Shown here one piece after another: positions 1-8,345 of a DNA stretch of 58,302 nt. The notes beneath the pieces were generated by a model. That model worked only from the letters and a program-made list of their open reading frames with translations, made no database searches and had not been told where the DNA came from. The stretch's first letter is position 1. Each line of letters begins with the position of its first letter. Source of the DNA: a virus (Duplodnaviria; Caudoviricetes). The DNA lies in IMG/VR virus record IMGVR_UViG_3300024999_000119, positions 1 through 58,302 of that record; one strand, written 5' to 3'. The translations under genes and the position numbers were made by a program.

Positions 1-175
1 AATCTAATTTCTCTAAGAAATCTTGGAATTGTTTTTCTGTATAATTAACTTTGAGTAATATAGTTTTCTTATTGATATAGTTACCATCTGTATAGTAACT
101 AATATATGCACATTTGATTGTGCTTTTAATTCTTTTATCATTTACAAATAAAAGGAATTCTTCTTTTGCATTCAT
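1..175 (-). CDS. 5' part of a conserved phage hypothetical protein (MNAKEEFL...KCAYI...FLEKLD), cut by the window start
   Basis: AGGAG RBS upstream; ATG at 175; open to position 1 (translated by hand). Confidence 0.75.
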   Translation of the reverse strand, partial: MNAKEEFLLFVNDKRIKSTIKCAYISYYTDGNYINKKTILLKVNYTEKQFQDFLEKLD

Positions 176-196
176 TTCTTTCTCCTTAAAATAAAA

Positions 197-224
197 AGAG
201 CCAATATTCTCATATTGACTCTCT
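197..224 (-). terminator. Probable intrinsic terminator/hairpin
   Basis: Minus strand agagtcaata..tattggctct followed by T tract, downstream of 228..644. Confidence 0.45.
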
Positions 225-227
225 ATG

Positions 228-644
228 TTAAATTGTAATTCTAATTGTTTCATTTGTTGGGATGTTATCTTTAGCAAAGTTATCTAAAGCTATGAATTCT
301 TCAACTAACTTTATAATATTTTGTATCTCTGCCATTGCATTACTTTTTACTTTAGAAGATATTTCTTCTGGGTTGATTGTTAATACTGCAATTTTGTTAT
401 CTTCATAATATTTCTCTTCAGAATAATCTTTGTTTTCATCACTTCGAACCCAAATCTTTTCATTTCTAGAAACTAGAAATGCTAATAATTCATCATTAGG
501 CTCTTTAAACCAAAATATAACAGTAGCATAAAACATTGGTATATATTGGTTACTGTTATCATATACCCATTTATAGGTATATTCTATTTTAGCATTCAAT
601 ATCACATTAAACTTTTCTGCTGTTTCCTTTATCTTCTTTCCCAT
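228..644 (-). CDS. Hypothetical protein
   Basis: ORF track 228..668; GGAG RBS favours ATG at 644 (MGKK). Confidence 0.7.
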   Translation of the reverse strand: MGKKIKETAEKFNVILNAKIEYTYKWVYDNSNQYIPMFYATVIFWFKEPNDELLAFLVSRNEKIWVRSDENKDYSEEKYYEDNKIAVLTINPEEISSKVKSNAMAEIQNIIKLVEEFIALDNFAKDNIPTNETIRITI

Positions 645-645
645 T

Positions 646-831
646 TCATTTCTCCATTTTAAATCCAAAGTGTTCTAACTCTAATTCTGCTTCTTTAGCT
701 AAAAGAGTTCTATAACTATTATTTGGATTAGATTGATTGAATGTTATTATTCTATTCTCTATAGAATTTAAATCTTTCTTTATTCTATTAAGATTGAATT
801 TAATCTTATTAATTCTATTCTTATTTTTCAT
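646..831 (-). CDS. Hypothetical coiled-coil protein
   Basis: 61-aa ORF, collinear with neighbours. Confidence 0.55.
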   Translation of the reverse strand: MKNKNRINKIKFNLNRIKKDLNSIENRIITFNQSNPNNSYRTLLAKEAELELEHFGFKMEK

Positions 832-874
832 TTTTTTAACCTTTATGATTAGATTAAGTGAGGATAAAATAAAA

Positions 875-909
875 AAGCTATATCGTAATTTTATTCACAA
901 TATAGCTTT
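875..909 (-). terminator. Intrinsic terminator after 934..1332
   Basis: aaagctatat...atatagcttt inverted repeat with T tract on the minus strand. Confidence 0.6.
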
Positions 910-933
910 CATTATTTATTATTTAGGAATCTT

Positions 934-1332
934 TTATTTCATTAGACTCAATAAACTATCTAATGTACTAGCATCAATAGCATTATCTACATCAACTCTT
1001 TCACTTATTTTCACTAAATTGATATAGCTTTTCATTTCACTACCATCTGCATTAAACTTTCCAGAATTATTCTTTCCACTAATAACTTGATAACCTTTTG
1101 CTGTTACATAATCACCAGTTCCAGTAAGATCCTTTGTCAATATTTCAATAGCATCTGTTAATTCATGCACATTACTGGCAAGTCTATATCTTGGTTGACT
1201 CAATTGCACAACCTCTCCAGTTTCTTTATTAACATATTCTGACTGAAATTTTAACTTTCTATTTCCTTTTTCTGCTTCTGTTATCATTGCTGATAAAATA
1301 CTCTCAACTTTTGTTTTTAATTCTTGATTCAT
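934..1332 (-). CDS. Hypothetical early protein, paralogue of 2479..2865
   Basis: AGGAG RBS; shares QPRY, YQVI, KFNxDGSEMKSxINLxKISERV with 2479..2865. Confidence 0.85.
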   Translation of the reverse strand: MNQELKTKVESILSAMITEAEKGNRKLKFQSEYVNKETGEVVQLSQPRYRLASNVHELTDAIEILTKDLTGTGDYVTAKGYQVISGKNNSGKFNADGSEMKSYINLVKISERVDVDNAIDASTLDSLLSLMK

Positions 1333-1381
1333 GACTATTTCTCCTATAGATATTATATAAAATTATTTAAGATGCTTGAAT

Positions 1382-1466
1382 CCCAAACACCAAAAAAGGA
1401 CATACCCAAACCAAAAGGAAAAGAAATACCTGAAAGAGGACAACACCAAAAGACAAGAGAAAAAGA
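1382..1466 (-). promoter_or_regulatory. A-depleted leader with TGGGTATGT core, copy 1 (candidate phage-RNAP promoter)
   Basis: 1387-1409 matches 2913-2935 at 21/23; only 3 A in 85 nt of the sense strand. Confidence 0.55.
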
Positions 1467-1776
1467 TAAGTCTGTGTTGTATTGTTTATAATGTCAACTA
1501 ATTTTGATGTGTATGAATAGGTATATGTGTGTGTATGGATAGATGAGAAAGATGAGCTAAATGAGAATATTCGATGTAAAATATCAAATACAATGTATCA
1601 AATACTATATATAGGGAAGAGATAAAAGAGATGTTCTCAGAACCTTAAAGGAAGGGTAAAAAAGATTAGAATATGAGCTAAAAATAAATCTTTTTTTAGG
1701 GTAAAATTAAATTAACTGCACTCTAGGAGAAAGTTATTTTGTAAATACTGCTAATTATGGATAGTTATATCTTAAC

Positions 1777-1805
1777 TTGACTATGTTTATAGTTATTCTT
1801 ATATT
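1777..1805 (+). promoter_or_regulatory. Sigma70-type promoter
   Basis: TTGACT-17 nt-TATATT upstream of RBS and ATG 1857. Confidence 0.65.
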
Positions 1806-1856
1806 ACTGTATAAAAATTGAAATTAAATGTAAACAACTATAAAAGGAGTAAAGTT

Positions 1857-2195
1857 ATGTTAGAATATGCAGGGAAGAAAGGAATGCTAATATATCCAGA
1901 GAATTTATTGAATATTATTGGAGCTAATTTAGATAGTAAGATTACAGCTTTAATGATAATCTTATTGAATTGCGATTCAGATGGTAAAGTTAAAACTAGT
2001 AAAATAAATAGAATTATAAGTGAAACTTTGAGTGTCGATATTGATTATGTATCTAGAATAATTATGACTTTGAATAAAGAAGGTTATTTAGAAAGATTAG
2101 GAAGAGGAAGTTACATAGTTAATCCTTATCTATTTTCTAATAGGAAAAAGAGTATGGAGAACAGATATAACTTTAATGAATTGTTTGAAGAATGA
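1857..2195 (+). CDS. RepL-like winged-helix protein
   Basis: GRGSYIVNPYLF motif after a helix-turn-helix; AAGGAG RBS before ATG 1857. Confidence 0.6.
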   Translation: MLEYAGKKGMLIYPENLLNIIGANLDSKITALMIILLNCDSDGKVKTSKINRIISETLSVDIDYVSRIIMTLNKEGYLERLGRGSYIVNPYLFSNRKKSMENRYNFNELFEE

Positions 2196-2240
2196 TTAGA
2201 TTGAATAGAGTCATATCTAGATGATTAGAGTGGATAGAGT
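2192..2240. repeat. 20-bp direct repeat pair
   Basis: atgattagattgaatagagt (2192-2211) vs atgattagagtggatagagt (2221-2240), 18/20. Confidence 0.7.
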
Positions 2241-2267
2241 TTGTACAATATATAACTGTAATAAATA

Positions 2268-2294
2268 AAAAAAGAGAATATTTCTATTCTCTTT
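2268..2294. terminator. Bidirectional terminator between convergent genes
   Basis: aaagagaata-tttc-tattctcttt hairpin. Confidence 0.7.
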
Positions 2295-2298
2295 AATA

Positions 2299-2421
2299 TT
2301 ATTCTATAGTACAATCACATCCCTTATTAGCATATTTCTTTGCCAATGTTAATGCAGTCCATTCTGATATACCTATCATTCTCATAATAAGCATACCTTT
2401 AAAGTATATTTTAATACTCAT
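2299..2421 (-). CDS. Small hypothetical protein (40 aa)
   Basis: MSIKIYFKG...CDCTIE with AAGGA RBS; below ORF-track cutoff. Confidence 0.5.
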   Translation of the reverse strand: MSIKIYFKGMLIMRMIGISEWTALTLAKKYANKGCDCTIE

Positions 2422-2451
2422 TTTAGTATTCCTTAGTTTGATTAAATGAAT

Positions 2452-2473
2452 ATGCTCCCAATTAAGGGAGCAT
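2452..2473 (-). terminator. Hairpin after 2479..2865
   Basis: atgctccc-aattaa-gggagcat. Confidence 0.5.
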
Positions 2474-2478
2474 TATAA

Positions 2479-2865
2479 TTATTGCATTAGTTTAGCTAAT
2501 TCATCTAAATCAGTATCACTAACAACAGAATCTGCATTAACTCTTTCGCTAATCTTTATTAGATTAATAAAAGACTTCATTTCAGACCCATCTTCATTAA
2601 ATTTAGCTGAATTGTTTACTGCTTTAATTACTTGGTAATCACCAGCAGTAATGTATATATTAGTACCAGATAATGAATCTGTTAACATACTAATAGCATC
2701 AACCAATATAGCTTGTCTAGTAGCTAAGCCATATCTTGGTTGATTTAAGATTACTTCTTTGCCATTATCATCTATATAAGATAATTGTGGCTTTAATGAT
2801 TTAATCTTTGTTGCTTCAGCTATCATCGCTACTAACAATGACTCAACTTTTTCTTTAAGTTCCAT
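2479..2865 (-). CDS. Hypothetical early protein, paralogue of 934..1332
   Basis: AGGAG RBS; full-length similarity to 934..1332. Confidence 0.85.
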   Translation of the reverse strand: MELKEKVESLLVAMIAEATKIKSLKPQLSYIDDNGKEVILNQPRYGLATRQAILVDAISMLTDSLSGTNIYITAGDYQVIKAVNNSAKFNEDGSEMKSFINLIKISERVNADSVVSDTDLDELAKLMQ

Positions 2866-2912
2866 ATCGAAACTCTCCTATAATAATAAATAATAATGTG
2901 TATGCCTTTCAT

Positions 2913-2975
2913 ACACTAAAAAAGAACATACCCAATTAGATATAAACTACATAATTAAAAGAGGACACCATAAAA
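2913..2975 (-). promoter_or_regulatory. TGGGTATGT leader, copy 2
   Basis: ACATACCCA at 2926-2934 and AAAGAGGACA at 2958-2967 (+), near-identical spacing to copy 1. Confidence 0.55.
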
Positions 2976-3032
2976 GAAGAGGGGGGATAGGGAAGATGAT
3001 GATGATGAGGATATGGAGAACTACTTCCTCAT

Positions 3033-3085
3033 ATTTTGACAATTTTTTTGAAACTATTCTATCTCCTTACATTTTGACAATTTTC
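3033..3085. repeat. 15-bp perfect direct repeat ATTTTGACAATTTTT
   Basis: 3033-3047 and 3071-3085. Confidence 0.8.
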
Positions 3086-3149
3086 TATAAACATTTGCCT
3101 TAAATCATAAAATTTTTTTATAAATTTTTTACAAATATTTAGGGATATA

Positions 3150-3229
3150 CTTCGGTTTTGCCTTCGGGTTTCTTGTTTCTTTTTGGTGTCTTTGCTCTCC
3201 GGTATGGGTATGTTTTTTCTTGCTGTTTT
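3150..3229 (+). promoter_or_regulatory. A-depleted TGGGTATGT leader, copy 3
   Basis: 2 A in 80 nt; TTTGGTGTC at 3182-3190 and TGGGTATGT at 3205-3213; precedes the rightward early arm. Confidence 0.5.
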
Positions 3230-3257
3230 AAATGAATAATAATTAATATGGAGATCT

Positions 3258-3686
3258 ATGAGAGAAATTATTTTTAAGTATCGGAACAAAAAGGAGGGGA
3301 ATGTTAAAGCAAATGAGGAAATGGTATTAAAGAAGTTCGGTTATATATTTAATGGTTCTTTGAAAGAGATATTATTAGTGTTATATGTTAATAGTAAAGG
3401 AGAGATATTTGAATATGAGACTATTGCTACTGGAGGGAGTGGTGAATTAAGTGTATATGTTAGTGATATATTTAGAGGAGCTATATTTAATGGTGCTGAT
3501 GGTATTATATTGGTACATAATCATCCTGCAGGATATTTAGAATTTAGTGAAACTGATTTAAGATTTATGAAATTGTTAATAGAACAGTCTAGTTTATTAG
3601 GTATTACTATAATAGATTCTATGGTAATAGCAGATAATAAGATTATTAGTATAACAGATAGTGCTAAAAAGAAAAAGGAAGAGTAA
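3258..3686 (+). CDS. radC: RadC-like JAB/MPN domain protein
   Basis: N-terminal Glu, ILVHNHPAG, SETD, IIDSMVI. Confidence 0.85.
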   Translation: MREIIFKYRNKKEGNVKANEEMVLKKFGYIFNGSLKEILLVLYVNSKGEIFEYETIATGGSGELSVYVSDIFRGAIFNGADGIILVHNHPAGYLEFSETDLRFMKLLIEQSSLLGITIIDSMVIADNKIISITDSAKKKKEE

Positions 3687-3687
3687 A

Positions 3688-3948
3688 ATGAGTGATTCTG
3701 GATATTATCCAATAGGAGCAGAGAATGATGAACATGCTCCATATAATAAAGAAGATAAAGTGGCAATAAAATGCCCACATTGTTCAAACGATGATTTAGA
3801 AACAATACAAATTAGATGTAGAGTTGAATTGAAAGGTAAATCAGTCAAATTATGGGTTATATTATATAGCTATTTAGATGTTATTGGAGAAGATGAACTT
3901 TATGATGCTGATGAACTGTATTGTTCTAAATGTAATAATTTCTTTTAA
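3688..3948 (+). CDS. Zinc-ribbon hypothetical protein
   Basis: YPIGAENDEHAPYN, CPHC and CSKC. Confidence 0.7.
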   Translation: MSDSGYYPIGAENDEHAPYNKEDKVAIKCPHCSNDDLETIQIRCRVELKGKSVKLWVILYSYLDVIGEDELYDADELYCSKCNNFF

Positions 3949-3958
3949 GGAGAATAGA

Positions 3959-4279
3959 ATGGAAAACTTAACAGATAGAATTAGAATTAAGAAAGAGGAA
4001 ATTGAAGCTAAACAAAAAGAACTTGATAGCTTCCAACCTGATAATATTGATTATGAAGACCAATTTGATGAAATGCTGAATTACTCTTATCCTAAATTAT
4101 TTGGTATGCTACCTTCTCGTATTTTATATGATTGTGATCGTCAAAAATATTATAAGGATCTCAATAATTTTGTTTATTCAATGGATATTAGAGAACATAA
4201 AATGTATATACAACTTGAGAAAGAGTTGGATGATTTAGAAAACGAACTATTTCAATTAGAACTTGAAGGGTTAGGATAA
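3959..4279 (+). CDS. Acidic coiled-coil hypothetical protein
   Basis: AGGAG RBS before ATG 3959. Confidence 0.7.
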   Translation: MENLTDRIRIKKEEIEAKQKELDSFQPDNIDYEDQFDEMLNYSYPKLFGMLPSRILYDCDRQKYYKDLNNFVYSMDIREHKMYIQLEKELDDLENELFQLELEGLG

Positions 4280-4280
4280 T

Positions 4281-4466
4281 ATGGAAGATATAAAATGTCC
4301 TTATTGTGGGAATAGCAGATTATCAAATATGGAAGCTAAGTTATGGGTCAATTTAGGGACATATTCTGCTGATGTTGAAAATTATTTAGATGAAGAAGAA
4401 GAAATATTTTGTATGGAATGTGGTCAAATATTCAAATTAAGAGAAGGAAAACAAAATGAAAATTAA
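4281..4466 (+). CDS. Small zinc-ribbon protein
   Basis: CPYC and CMEC. Confidence 0.7.
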   Translation: MEDIKCPYCGNSRLSNMEAKLWVNLGTYSADVENYLDEEEEIFCMECGQIFKLREGKQNEN

Positions 4467-4977
4467 AAAGATTCATAACCTAAAAGCATATAAGAATATA
4501 GATAAGAACCAAATGCTATTAAAAAGATATAATTATATGCATAAACATGATGAAAATACTGTAGAGATAACTAATGGATTTATAATAGCAAGAATACCAG
4601 CTATTGATGTAGAAGATGAGTTCTATTCACCTAAGGTTAATCATATTGATGTTAGTGATAAAAATGTTATGATATATCCTAAAGTAGATGTAGAAGCTAA
4701 AGAAGTTATGTACCCAAAAACAGATATTGTATTTAAAGATGCTGAAAAAGAACAATTCTTTAGTGTTGGAATAAATGCTAAATATCTATATGAATTAGCT
4801 AATATTTTAGGAGACAATCAAGTTATCTTAACTTTCAATAATGCTGATAATCATATTATTGATGTTAAACCAAAAAGTAATAATGGAGCTTATGGATTAT
4901 TAATGCAATTTAAAATACAAGATCCATTAAATAAATATAAAGAATTGTTAATGGAGAAAAAGGATGGAAAAGTTTAA
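4456..4977 (+). CDS. Protein resembling partial DNA polymerase III beta-clamp domains
   Basis: ITNGFII, YPKTD, VGINAKYLYELA, terminal GLLM pattern. Confidence 0.5.
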   Translation: MKIKKIHNLKAYKNIDKNQMLLKRYNYMHKHDENTVEITNGFIIARIPAIDVEDEFYSPKVNHIDVSDKNVMIYPKVDVEAKEVMYPKTDIVFKDAEKEQFFSVGINAKYLYELANILGDNQVILTFNNADNHIIDVKPKSNNGAYGLLMQFKIQDPLNKYKELLMEKKDGKV

Positions 4978-5161
4978 AGTAACATTCTTAGAAGAAACAT
5001 TAACACTAAAAAGCGTTATTATTAATGCTGATGATCCAAGAGTAGCTGCGAAAATAGTTAAAGATGGTGTCAGAGAACTGACAAGAGAAGAATTAGAAAC
5101 AATGAAAAGTGAACATTTAGTTTATGTTGGTAGAATTATTAAAAGTATAGAAGGAGAATAA
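4964..5161 (+). CDS. Hypothetical protein
   Basis: ORF with RBS, overlapping neighbour. Confidence 0.65.
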   Translation: MEKFKVTFLEETLTLKSVIINADDPRVAAKIVKDGVRELTREELETMKSEHLVYVGRIIKSIEGE

Positions 5162-5162
5162 A

Positions 5163-5909
5163 ATGAATAATGTAGTAGTAGAGAATTTAGTAAATTCTAA
5201 AATTTATGTAAGAAATAATATTAGTTATATGCAACCTAGTAGTATTATAAATCCATTCTTAGATATTCTAGGTTATGGTAAAGAATTTGGTGGTGAAGTA
5301 TTTATTCAAACACAAAATGAAGTAGTTAATCAAAATATTGGTGGAGATGAGAATATTGCATATCCAAGATTCTTGGTTGAGTTAAGAAAAAGTGAAGTTC
5401 TATTTGGAGATGTTCAATATCAAAATACTTTTGGATTATTAGTTGCAATGGATCAACAAAATCCTTTAGTTAAAGTATATACCGGAATGAATGTAAGTGC
5501 ATGTACTAATCTTTGTATATTCAATGCAGAGCATGTATTCCAACAGAATCTAATGGAATCTTTAGATAATACTTTTAATGCTGTTAAAATGTATGCCAAT
5601 AATGAACAGCAAAAAATTGATGATTATAGAAAAACTCATGAAAGATTAGTTAATACTGTAATGAATCAAGAACAATTAAATGAGAGATTAGGCTATCTTC
5701 TAAGAATGGCTAATACTACTAAATTAGGTACTAGTCCAATAGTAGGTGCTGCTAAGTTATTAAGTGATAGAAAATCTGTTTATTTTACTGATAAAGAATC
5801 AACTCTTTATAACCTTTATAATGCTGTTACTCAAGGGATTACAGATAGTGCTGATTTGTTTTATAAGACAGATAAAACATTAGGATTGACTAGATTATTG
5901 CTAAATTAA
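5163..5909 (+). CDS. DUF932/DUF3871-like protein
   Basis: ACTNLCIF and C-terminal TLYNLYNAVT. Confidence 0.6.
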   Translation: MNNVVVENLVNSKIYVRNNISYMQPSSIINPFLDILGYGKEFGGEVFIQTQNEVVNQNIGGDENIAYPRFLVELRKSEVLFGDVQYQNTFGLLVAMDQQNPLVKVYTGMNVSACTNLCIFNAEHVFQQNLMESLDNTFNAVKMYANNEQQKIDDYRKTHERLVNTVMNQEQLNERLGYLLRMANTTKLGTSPIVGAAKLLSDRKSVYFTDKESTLYNLYNAVTQGITDSADLFYKTDKTLGLTRLLLN

Positions 5910-5921
5910 AAGGAGAATAAT

Positions 5922-6155
5922 GTGAAATATAGATTAAGAGTAACAAAAAGAAAGAGTGGCAAATATCTATATGAAGTTTTAGATAATGAAGATAATATCA
6001 TAAGCAAAAGAGAAAGTGAACGTAAATATGTAGCTTGTACGATTGATGGTATAGAGTATTTTGGAAGACTTGATCTAATTGCTAAAAGTAAACATGCATT
6101 AAAAACACCAATAGCTTTTGTTAGAGTAGGAGAATGGAATGAAATTGAAGACTAA
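5922..6155 (+). CDS. Hypothetical protein
   Basis: GTG start with AGGAG RBS. Confidence 0.65.
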   Translation: MKYRLRVTKRKSGKYLYEVLDNEDNIISKRESERKYVACTIDGIEYFGRLDLIAKSKHALKTPIAFVRVGEWNEIED

Positions 6156-6549
6156 AAAACAAGTATTAGAAGAAAATCCTGATTATAAAGTTCTTATTAA
6201 TGCTGTTATAAGTAGAGTAGGGTTAGATTCAATACAAAATATTATAAGTTATGGTATCGAAGGTGGATACAATGGATTTGTTTATTATTCTGATACGCAT
6301 TAATTTGCTATGAGATACAGAAAATATATTGTTCCAATGTTAGAAGAAATGGCAGATTCTCTTGGAGAAGATGTAGTAGGAATGATTAAAGGGTTTGGAG
6401 TGTGTAGACATTCTAGAATGGATAAAAATGAATTAAGAAACCTTTATAAATATTTAGGTTATGCTAAATGCGAACAAGATTCTGTTACAAATGTAATGGC
6501 TTGGTTTGCAGCAGAAGAAGTATGTAGAATGTTTGAAAATTGGGATTAA
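6139..6549 (+). pseudogene. Phage hypothetical gene with an in-frame TAA at 6301-6303
   Basis: ATG 6139 with RBS is in frame with 6310..6549; GGYNGFVYYSDTH*FA...WFAAEEV reads as one protein. Confidence 0.7.
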
Positions 6550-6616
6550 AATAATTGGAAACAGATAAATTTTATGTTGGTTCATAAAATAAAATTGTTT
6601 AATTTAAGGAGATAAA

Positions 6617-6835
6617 ATGAAAGATAATGAAGATATTCGTGAATTAAATTTTAAAATGGAAGAGTTAGTTCTTAATACTTATTCGGTAAAATTACCAAAA
6701 AGCAAATTAGAAATAGCAAAGAAAGCAATAAAAGAAGATCCAGAATCAGTATTTGCATTAGATGAAATAGAATTTGAAATTGAAACAACAGATTATATTG
6801 AGTCTTATTATAACACATTAAAAATAATAGAATAG
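6617..6835 (+). CDS. Hypothetical protein
   Basis: AGGAG RBS. Confidence 0.65.
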   Translation: MKDNEDIRELNFKMEELVLNTYSVKLPKSKLEIAKKAIKEDPESVFALDEIEFEIETTDYIESYYNTLKIIE

Positions 6836-6843
6836 GAGAAGAT

Positions 6844-7623
6844 ATGGCATTGCCAGTATTTGAAGAAGCTGGAAGTGGTAATCCAGAAAGAATATTTTTG
6901 TATTCTCATCCAAAAGTAGGGAAGACTACATTATTAAGTGGATTACCTAATAATTTAATTGTAGATACAGAAAATGGAAGTAATTCTATTCCTGGTATAA
7001 GATATAATTTAATTAAAGAATCTAAAAAGAAAAACAAAACACCACTCATTATGTTCAGAGCATTAGCAAAAGCAATAGCAGCTAAAAATGAAGAGATTAA
7101 TGATTATGCTTATGATTATATATCTATTGATACTGTAACTGGTATGGAAGATTTAGCATTAGAATTAGCAACAGAAAACTTCAAGAAATCAGTCATTGGG
7201 AAACAATATAAAGGCAATAATGTTATTGCTGATATTCCTTCTGGTGGAGGGTATATGTGGTTTAGAGATGCATTTGAAGAATTATATAAACTATATGATG
7301 GATTAAGTCGTTATGGTTTGATATTAACTGGACATGTTAAGCTTACTAGTGTCCCAAGAGAAGGTATTGATGTTGCTGTTACTGATATTAATTTAACCGG
7401 AAAACTAAAAGATTTTATCACTAGAGAAGTTGATGCTATTGGTACATTAGAAAGAAATAAAGATAATCTTAAACAAGTTATGGTTAGCTTTATAACAGAT
7501 ACAAGAAGTTTAGCAATGGGAGCAAGACAAGCCCATATAGCTAATAAGAAATTCGTAATAAGTGAATTACAGGAAGATGGAACTTTCAAATTCTTTTGGG
7601 ATAAGATATATCTTAAAAAATAA
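6844..7623 (+). CDS. Sak4-like/AAA_24 ATPase (recombination)
   Basis: Walker A YSHPKVGKTT, VDTENGS, Walker B ISIDT, LILTGH; adjacent to SSB. Confidence 0.8.
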   Translation: MALPVFEEAGSGNPERIFLYSHPKVGKTTLLSGLPNNLIVDTENGSNSIPGIRYNLIKESKKKNKTPLIMFRALAKAIAAKNEEINDYAYDYISIDTVTGMEDLALELATENFKKSVIGKQYKGNNVIADIPSGGGYMWFRDAFEELYKLYDGLSRYGLILTGHVKLTSVPREGIDVAVTDINLTGKLKDFITREVDAIGTLERNKDNLKQVMVSFITDTRSLAMGARQAHIANKKFVISELQEDGTFKFFWDKIYLKK

Positions 7624-7663
7624 GTTCTATTTATAATTAAATAACAAAAAAAAGGAGAAACAA

Positions 7664-8287
7664 ATGGCTCAATTAATGGATCCAAATGCAACATCATTTG
7701 AAAGTGATGGAATTTTTATTCAAGAAGCAAAAATAACAAATGTAACAAAAGGGAAAGAAGATCCACAATATCCAAAACAAATGAATTATGTATTGGAATT
7801 GGAATTTGAAAAGAAAGCAAAAGAAGGTAGTATAGCAGAAACATATAAAAAGAATATGTATTTAACTGGTAATTTGTTAAAGAATGGTAATATCCCATTA
7901 AATCTAACTAATTTTCTTTATGCTGTTGGAATAGCGAATACAGAGAATTTAGATAAATTAGTAGAAGATTTTAGTACATCTAATATTTCTAAAGAATTGA
8001 AAGAATTATTAATTGGTAAAAAGATTATGACTCTTCAATTTGTAAGTGGTACTTATACATCAGAAAAAGATGGAACAGAAAAACCTTCTTATAAATTCTG
8101 GAATATGCAATGTGAAGGATTTAAATATCCTAATCTATTTTCTACTGAAATAGATAATAAGATTATTAGAGAAGAATTCAAAAAGAAATGTGAAAGTAGT
8201 TACCCACCAAAATATACACCAGAAGTCTTAACTGCTAATACAGAAACAAAGCAAGAAGATACAACCGAAGAAGAAGATTTAATATAA
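7664..8287 (+). CDS. Probable single-stranded DNA-binding protein
   Basis: Follows Sak4-like gene; beta-rich N-terminus; acidic tail TTEEEDLI. Confidence 0.6.
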   Translation: MAQLMDPNATSFESDGIFIQEAKITNVTKGKEDPQYPKQMNYVLELEFEKKAKEGSIAETYKKNMYLTGNLLKNGNIPLNLTNFLYAVGIANTENLDKLVEDFSTSNISKELKELLIGKKIMTLQFVSGTYTSEKDGTEKPSYKFWNMQCEGFKYPNLFSTEIDNKIIREEFKKKCESSYPPKYTPEVLTANTETKQEDTTEEEDLI

Positions 8288-8294
8288 CAATCTT

Positions 8295-8334
8295 AAAGTC
8301 CTTAATTATTGATTTAGTTAAGGACTTTTTATTT
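8295..8334 (+). terminator. Intrinsic terminator
   Basis: aaagtccttaa...ttaaggacttt plus T tract. Confidence 0.7.
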
Positions 8335-8345
8335 AAGGAAATTAT

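Noticed and set aside
891-899. DnaA-box match TTATTCACA (also at 18450)
   Set aside because: Isolated single matches, one in a terminator loop and one in a CDS; expected by chance in AT-rich DNA
737-1027. Hydrophobic plus-strand ORF
   Set aside because: Overlaps two minus-strand genes and a terminator; hydrophobicity reflects T-rich antisense sequence
3059-3289. 76-aa minus-strand ORF over the A-free tract
   Set aside because: Open mainly because of base composition; no RBS; overlaps the radC start
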